Part shown: piece after piece, positions 18,837-26,400 of the stretch
How positions within the stretch are numbered: the first letter of the stretch is position 1
Layout: each line of letters opens with the position of its first letter
NCBI GenBank assembly: GCA_964355135.1
Contig: CAYHCG010000006.1
Span: forward strand, 9,453-73,452
Length of the DNA: 64,000 nucleotides
Source: Candidatus Woesearchaeota archaeon
Lineage (GTDB): Archaea > Nanobdellota > Nanobdellia > Pacearchaeales > GW2011-AR1
Direction: 5' to 3'
The notes under the pieces: model-generated
What the model was told of the DNA's origin: nothing
The model's input: only the letters and a program-made list of their open reading frames with translations
The model's database searches: none
Position numbers and translations under genes: made by a program

Positions 18837-19052
18837 GTGATAATTAAAGTTAAAGTAAAACCCAATTCTAAAGAAGAAAAAGTTGAAAAGATATCTGAGA
18901 CAGAATACTATGTCGAACTCAAAGAAAAAGCTGAAGATGGAATGGCTAATGCGCGTTTGGTGAAACTACTTTGCAGGGAATTTGGCGTCGACTGGAGAGC
19001 AATAAAAATTAAAAACCCTAAATCTAAGGATAAATTAATTGAAATTAAATAA
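18837..19052 (+). CDS. DUF167/YggU-family small protein
   Basis: IKVKVKPNSKEEKV...DGMANARLVKLLCREFGV...IKIKNPKSKDKLIEI matches the DUF167 pattern (V.p.ak...G.AN..l...La..). Confidence 0.7.
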   Translation: MIIKVKVKPNSKEEKVEKISETEYYVELKEKAEDGMANARLVKLLCREFGVDWRAIKIKNPKSKDKLIEIK

Positions 19053-19058
19053 TTTTTA

Positions 19059-19487
19059 ATGAAATTGACAAGAAAAAAATATCTAAACAAAAGCAGAAGA
19101 CTAAAAGTTTCTGAGAGCGGGCAAAGATTATTATACAATTATTTTAGAATAAATACTGAGGAGTATTCTTTGAGGATAGGGGTTGTTTCCGAATGGGTTC
19201 CTTACGCTTGGGAAGAAAGAGAGCATGGAATTAGATTGATATCTAGGATCTCCGGTTCGGGTATTGAGTTTGCTGGAAGAAATGGGGGATTATTAAGAAT
19301 AGATGAATTATTAAGAACTCATGATAGAAATAGGACCATATGGAAATTAGAACTTGATTTGCATTTTAAATTTAGTCATTATGACTGTACTTTAGGATCT
19401 TTGCACGATTCCAAGTATTTTGCTTCTCTTTCAGCTCAAGGAAATGTAATGGTTACGGCGGACGATATGTTTATTACATCAACGTAA
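19059..19487 (+). CDS. hypothetical protein
   Basis: 142-aa ORF with no motif recognised. Confidence 0.4.
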   Translation: MKLTRKKYLNKSRRLKVSESGQRLLYNYFRINTEEYSLRIGVVSEWVPYAWEEREHGIRLISRISGSGIEFAGRNGGLLRIDELLRTHDRNRTIWKLELDLHFKFSHYDCTLGSLHDSKYFASLSAQGNVMVTADDMFITST

Positions 19488-19539
19488 AATAATTAAAGCC
19501 TTGAGCTAATTCAAGCTTAACCAACTCTAAAAAGAGACC

Positions 19540-19944
19540 ATGAAATATGAGGATGCGCTTGATTTGAAAGTGAGGATGATGGATATAGCAAGAACTTTGG
19601 AAATGGAACATATTGACTTGCAAAGAGTAGAATGTTTGAGAAGTTTTGGCTCATCTTCAAGGAGAACTATTGCGCGGTGCCATGCATTAGGAAAACTCAT
19701 GCAGAGTGCGATGAAAACTAAATCATTTTATGCGATTGAGTTTTTGGAAAGATTTGATAGAATGAGTAAAGCGGATCAGGACAAAGTTATAATCCACGAA
19801 TTAATGCATATTCCGAAAAGTTTTGGGGGAGGGTTTAGACATCATGATTTTGTTTGCGAGAAAAATGTGGACATAATGTATGAAAAGTTTGCTAGCTTAA
19901 AGTTTCCTAAACCTTTGAAAACTACAAAAAGTAAGTGGTGGTAA
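19540..19944 (+). CDS. small predicted zinc metallopeptidase (HExxH)
   Basis: The IIHELMHIPKSFGGGFRHHD motif in a 134-aa protein resembles the small archaeal predicted metallopeptidases. Confidence 0.6.
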   Translation: MKYEDALDLKVRMMDIARTLEMEHIDLQRVECLRSFGSSSRRTIARCHALGKLMQSAMKTKSFYAIEFLERFDRMSKADQDKVIIHELMHIPKSFGGGFRHHDFVCEKNVDIMYEKFASLKFPKPLKTTKSKWW

Positions 19945-20006
19945 ATTTTAGGTTTTTAGGATTTGTTTTGGGCGAAACATTTTAAATTTTAATACACGTG
20001 AGAAAT

Positions 20007-20111
20007 CTCCAATCTTTAGATTGGAGTTATTTGCTGTCGATTTTTCCCGGTTCTCCCCAAATCCCTAGCAAACTCCACACTTTAGTGTGGAGTACAAATC
20101 CGAAGGATTTG
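20007..20111. repeat. three short hairpins, two of them a covarying pair CTCCANNC-TTTA-GNNTGGAG
   Basis: CTCCAATC-TTTA-GATTGGAG at 20007-20026. CTCCACAC-TTTA-GTGTGGAG at 20073-20092. CAAATCC-GAA-GGATTTG at 20095-20111. Confidence 0.6.
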
Positions 20112-20343
20112 GTGATATAAAAGAAAAATGGAGTTTTAACTGCTAAATTACTACTTATTATGTATGATAATATAACATGTAATAAGTAAGAAAGTTGGCA
20201 TTTTAAGCAACATTTATAAAGCAAAAATAACACTAAATAAGTATATTTTGGGGTGTAAAAACAATGTTAAATTTAGGGGCGCAAATAATTAGAAATTCCG
20301 AATTTTTTAATTCAAAATATTTTTATTTAATCTTTAAGAAAAG

Positions 20344-20380
20344 GGCTGTCCAAACACCCCAAAATTGTTTCTGGACAGCC
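20344..20380 (+). promoter_or_regulatory. 9-bp stem hairpin in the leader of the giant gene, followed by a T-rich run and a GGAGG RBS
   Basis: GGCTGTCCA (20344-52) pairs with TGGACAGCC (20372-80), then TCTTTTCTT. GGAGG lies about 7 nt upstream of the ATG at 20411. Confidence 0.5.
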
Positions 20381-20410
20381 TCTTTTCTTATGTGGAAAGG
20401 GAGGTTTTAG

Positions 20411-23400
20411 ATGTCTGAAAAGCTTAAAAGATTTAAGGAAAGAAATAACAGTTTAGCTGAAAGAATATTTTTAGCCCAGAGATATAAAAAAGAAGTAATA
20501 GAAAAAGTACAAAAACTGGTCGCAAAGTTAAATTCTGGAGAAATAACTCGTAAAGATTATGATGAAAGTCTACAGAAAATATTTGGAGTTAGAACACCAA
20601 AAGAATGGCTAACTTATTATGATAATTACATAGAGACTTATGAAAGACAATTAAGTGAAAGCAATAGACAACTTAACAAAGAAAAACTAAAGAAAGCAGC
20701 ATTTGTTTTTGTGCCTATATTTTTAGTTTTATTTTCAGTTATCTTTTTTGTTTATTTCTCAGATAGAGCAATTACGGGATTGGCTGTGCAAAACAGTAAA
20801 GAAGTTTTTACACAAAACATTAATTCCGAATTTAGTTCTAGTGGAAGTTATACTTTTGAGGTTAAACAGAGTGGGAAACTAAATTGGGCTAAAGTTTCCG
20901 GCAATATTGAAGGGGAAGGAAATGTTAAAATTTACTTATTGGCAAACGGAGGTGAGATTTTAGTTTTAGATAGTACTGATTTAGAAGTTGAAGAAGTTGC
21001 TTTAACTGGAGGAGTCATTACTGGATTTAATGTTGAAGGTGCCGAGGACTCTGGAGGAGAGTCTTCTGATAGTTCAAGCGGCGGCTCTTCAGGCAGTCAA
21101 GCAAGTACAGGCGATGTAAGCTCAACTAGTGGAGGAAGTTCTGAAGCTCCTTCACCAACTTCAGAAAGTACTAGCGAAACAACTTCTAGTAGTGATTCAA
21201 GTGAAAGCGCTTCAAGTCCACCTTCTGAGAATACTGTGGAAACTCCTGCAACTACGGAAAGTGAAACTCCTGTTGAAAGTAATGAAGTTAGCAGTGGGAC
21301 AACCTCTGAAGAAGTAATTGCGGGAAATGAATCGCAAAATAATGAGGAAACTAATGCTACTGGCGGTGAACCAACTCAAGAGAACACTACAGTTTCAGGG
21401 CAAACAACAACTAAAGAAAAGAAAAAGAAATTCTCAGATTATTGCAAAGAGAGTTGCGATTTGTCTAATTTGGAATTGGACAGAGATAGTTATGAATTGA
21501 GAGTTGAAATAAATGGGGCGGTAAAATTAAATCTAGATAAGATAAGATATGAGATAGAATTTGAGAAGACAGGAGAAATTATAACAGAAGAAAATGAAAC
21601 TGTACAGAACGAAACAAAAGAAATTACTCCTGAAATTGAATTAAACGAGACTCTTCCTGAGCTAAACCTTACTAATGTAAGTTCTGCTCCATTAATATTA
21701 AAACAAATCCCTAATCTTGAAATAGAAGTTAATTCAAGCTTTAATTTGACTTTAAGTGATTACTTTCTAAATGCCGAAGATTATGATATTAATAAAGTTG
21801 AGAACATTACTTTTGATCTTGCTGGAGATAATCTAGAGATTCTTCCTGATAAGGGCTTTTTGGGGAACAGAACTGCTGAAATAATTGCAGAGAATTCTTT
21901 TGGCAAAAATGAAAGCAATGAGTTTACAATTAATGTTGTTGAAAACATGCCCAAAATAGGAAATGCTACATCTAATATCACAACTTTACAGTATAAGGCG
22001 GTTATCAACAGACCAACTAAGTGGATTAAGATTTTGAACGCAACAGGGGGAGACTTAACTATTGAGCTTCCTAAGGAAGCGGAAAATATAACTGTAAAAA
22101 CGGGAAGCGATGTTGGCCTGGCCCTACAGGAATATGAGGATTATGAAGGGCTGGTTGATGGGGCTGACAAAGAAGATTTAATTTCAGGAGGGATAACGGG
22201 GAATGTAGCATTAGATCTTAAAGAAGGGAAGGGCCTTATACCAAGGTTTATTGATTGGCTGAAGAACTTGTTTTCTAAGGGGATAACTGGTAGAGCAATT
22301 ACGGAGCAAACTCTTGAAGCGCAAATAACCGAGACTAGTGAAAACACCATAGTCGATGTTACAGATATTGTAAATCAGACTCAAACTGGGGAAGTTGCAA
22401 TAGAGTATTACACTCAAGGGCCGGCAGCTAGAGAAGAAAATTTGACTAATGGGAAGAGAGTGGTTGTTTCTGGAAAAGATGAATTAAACTTTACGGATAT
22501 TTTGGCATTTGCAGAAATTGAAGAAAAAGTAGAAGTTGCGGATAGCAGTACAATAAAAATTTATTGGAGGGAAAACGCGAGTTTTATTAATTTTAGTGTA
22601 GGAGATTTGGATGGAAATGGGAAAATAGATTATATTGAATGGATCGTTCCTCATTTAAGCAACCAGACTTATGATATCATACTCATCACCCATGCAGAAC
22701 ATCTTGATAGTAACAGGACATTTATTTCTGATATATATGAAAGTGTTAGGGAATTAGATGGAAATTGGTCGGAGAGTATTGTTGACGGAGAGTATGTTAG
22801 GGTTACTTTTGAGAAGAATTTGACTAATGTTAACGATATCACTGTTTATGCTAAAGGAATAAACGGAACTGGACAAATAGAGGTTTATGAGTTTAATGAC
22901 ACACGTTTACTTGCGACATTCACTGATATACTTAATGAGACTTATTATAAGATTTATTTGACAAACTTAAGTAACTCGAGTAATTATTCACAAGGAGTTT
23001 TTGATTTACGAATTTTAAATGCCTCAGTGGAATTTGATTTAATTATTGATCCAACTTTGACTTTAAATGCTACTGGTGGAACGGGAACAAATACAACTGT
23101 TGAGGCAGGAAACTTTACACATTTGAGCATTGGAAGCTCAACTATTGGATTTGTTAATAATACCAATGTTGTTGCTTATTATCCTTTTGATACTAATACT
23201 TCTTCAAATACTGCCTTTGATTATTCCGCGAATAATTTAGATGCTGGTTTTATTAATACGGGGCCAAGATATGATGCAGGATTACTTGGAAACTCTTATT
23301 ATTTCAATAATTCAGTTTGCTTGAACACAACAAACAGTGCAGCATGGAATGTTACTAATCAGGTAACTCTTTCTGCTTGGGTTTATAGAAATAATAGTGA

Positions 23401-26400
23401 TACGGGCAGTGACTCTATTTTTATGCGAGGAGGCTCAGTTGTAGCAAATACTGAAATTGGTCTTGGAGTATTTCAATCTGGACTTTTAAGATTACTTATA
23501 AAAAATACTACACAGACTAATGCTGGAACATGTAACAGCGGTTCTGCATTACCTACCTTTAATTGGACTCATATTGCAGCGACGTATAATGGAACAACGT
23601 CTGTACTCTATATCAATGGTGTTGCAGAAACTCCTTGTACAGTTACTACTGGGAATATTATCTTTGCTGGAAACTCTCCTAGTATTGGTTGCCTCAAAAC
23701 AACGGCACAAGCATTTAACAACAATTGGCAAGGATGGATAGACGACTTAATGTTTTTGAATACCACTTTAAATGCAACACAAATTTCCCAAATTTATAAT
23801 AATCAAAGCTTGAGATTATTTTCTCGCGGAGAGCAGATATTTTCTAATTTAAATGGCTCGGGTAGTGGGGCTGAAGAAGAAATTAATATAAGGATAAATG
23901 CGAGCATGAATTTTGGCAGTTCGATAAATGTATCTTTAGGGAATTCTTCTGGAGGAACTTATGTTTATGGAAACGAATATGCTTTTAGCAATAATGTTGC
24001 AAATAATATTCCTTTAGGGACTCCAAATAATTATTCTTTAAAGTTTATATTTTATGCAGGTAATTCTTCTGCAAACTCTTTTATATCTCCTACTTTAGAG
24101 AATTATATTCTTGCTGAAAGCATTTTAGTAGTTCCTTCATTGACTTTGAATGCCCCGGCCAATGCAAGTACATTTAAAGAGGGAATATTTAATATAACTC
24201 TGAATGCAACTATTTTAGATAATGCGGCGACGTCAGCATATATTTACGGAGTTAATTCTTCTAACACTGCGAACTTTTACAAACATGGATTATTGTATCA
24301 GGCATTTGGCTTAGTAAATGGAACTCAAATAACTTACAATTGGACTTCTCCCGTAACTGTTCCTGATGCTTCTACTGTTGTCTTGTATCATTTGGATAAT
24401 AATTCTGTTTATGGGGAAAACCAAACTAGGGCTTGGGATTATGTTTCTGGAAATGTTAATTTAACTGCTGTTGGAAATGCTTTTCCAAATGTAAGTGGGG
24501 GGAAATTTGCTGGGGGATGGACTTTTGATGGAAGTGGAGATTATTTGAATGATGCCTCAAATATTGGAGCTTTAAATGGTTATTATCAATCCGGAACATT
24601 TTCTGCATGGGTTAAGAGAGCGGGAGCGAGTTCGAATGGATATGAAACTATAATTCAGGAAGGAGATAATACCAATGGTTTTGTGATAACAAATAATTGC
24701 GGATGGGATAATATGACTCAGGTCGGAACAGTATACATCCCAGAATTTGATCCTGTTGTTGTAATAGCAGAAACACCTAATAGTATTATTTCTGATGGAA
24801 ATTGGCATTTGATTACAGGCGTTTTTGATAATATCATTGCATTTAAACAATATATTTATGTTGATGGAGTACTTAGGAGTTCTGCAAGTGTGGGGGCGCC
24901 TAGTGATAGTGTTAAAGGAGTAAAGGTGGGAGGAGTACTGTCTTCCGTAGGGCAGAGTTGTGACGGAAGTGCAAATGCTGGCTCATTCAATGGAAGCATT
25001 GATGAAGTTGGAATTTGGAATAGGAGTTTAAGCGCAACTGAGATAATGAGCATGTATAGATTAAATGCACCGAAGTATTTTTGGAAAGTAAATGTTACGG
25101 ATTCTGTTGGAAATAGTAATGAGAGTGAGACACGCGAGTTTTATGTGAATCCTCAGACTGTTCCTTATACTGCATTGAATGGGCCTGCGAACAGGTCTAT
25201 ATTTTGGAAAGATATATTTAACATTACTTTGAATGCGACTGGTTATGATAATGATGATAGTTTTACTATTGAGATTTACGGGGCGAATTCTACAAATGCC
25301 ACTCTCTTTTATAATTATGGATTACTTTATAGACAGCAGGGAGTCAGTAATAATACGGCAGTTAGTTATAATTGGACTAATTCACTTGTAGATCCGGATA
25401 TTTATCTATATGCAGATGCCTTGTATCATTTAGATAATAATTCCAGATTAGGGGAGAATGATACAAGAGTGATTGATTCTTATACTGGAGATGGCGATGC
25501 TTTTAATTTAACACCTGTAGGAAACGCATATCCAAATATGACGGGAGGAAAATTTGCAGGGGCTTGGGAATTTGACGGAAATGGAGATTTTCTAAATGGT
25601 TCAAACTCTTTGCGCCCTGCCGGTGATCCTTCTTTTTCTGCATGGGTACGGCGAGCAGGAAATAGTTCAACTGGATATGAAACTATTGTTCAGGATAATG
25701 CAGGAAGTGGAGGGTATTCTTTAACTGCCAGCTGTAATAATAGTTTATTAGCGTTTTCAGCATATGATGGTACTTTGTTTGCAAAAGCTTCAACATCTAA
25801 TTCTATTCTCTCTGATGGTCAGTGGCATCATGTTTTGGGCATTCATAGTTCTTCTTACTCTAAAATTCTTTTATATGTTGATGGAGTTTTAAAAGCAAAT
25901 GCAACTTCATCAGTAGCTGTTCCGATAAACGATCCACATAAATTAGTTATAGGGGGTCATGGGGCAGGAGATTATGGTAGTGGTCCAGGAGGGACATCTT
26001 GTGTCTTTGGCGGCTCTTCTAGTGCAGGTTCATTCAACGGAAGTATTGATGAAGTTGCAGTCTGGAATAGCGATGTTTTTCAAATAGACACTGGCAGCGG
26101 TTTACATCTTAATACTAGTAATTTATATAAACTTATTAAAGGAAAATATTATTGGAAAGCAAACATTACTGATTCCTTGGGGAATAATAATGAAAGCGAA
26201 ACTCGCGAATTCGTTGTTAGGGATACGCCTTATGTTTTAGTGAATTCAAATATGAATTGCACCGACTTAAAGACTGAGGCTGTAAATTATTATTATGGTT
26301 ATTCTTGCACTGCTTCTGGGTATTCTACTTGTGTTGGACTAAATGCAGATTTGAATATTACAAATGGAACTTTGAGTGTTCCTTCAAATTGTAACATTCA

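Noticed and set aside
20027-20233. 68-aa minus-strand ORF upstream of giant A
   Set aside because: It spans the hairpin cluster, has odd composition and no RBS. The region is better explained as non-coding structure.
21129-21500. Two alternative-frame plus-strand ORFs (62 and 60 aa) inside giant A
   Set aside because: They lie in the repetitive Ser/Thr/Glu linker, where all frames stay open by composition. The main frame is continuous.
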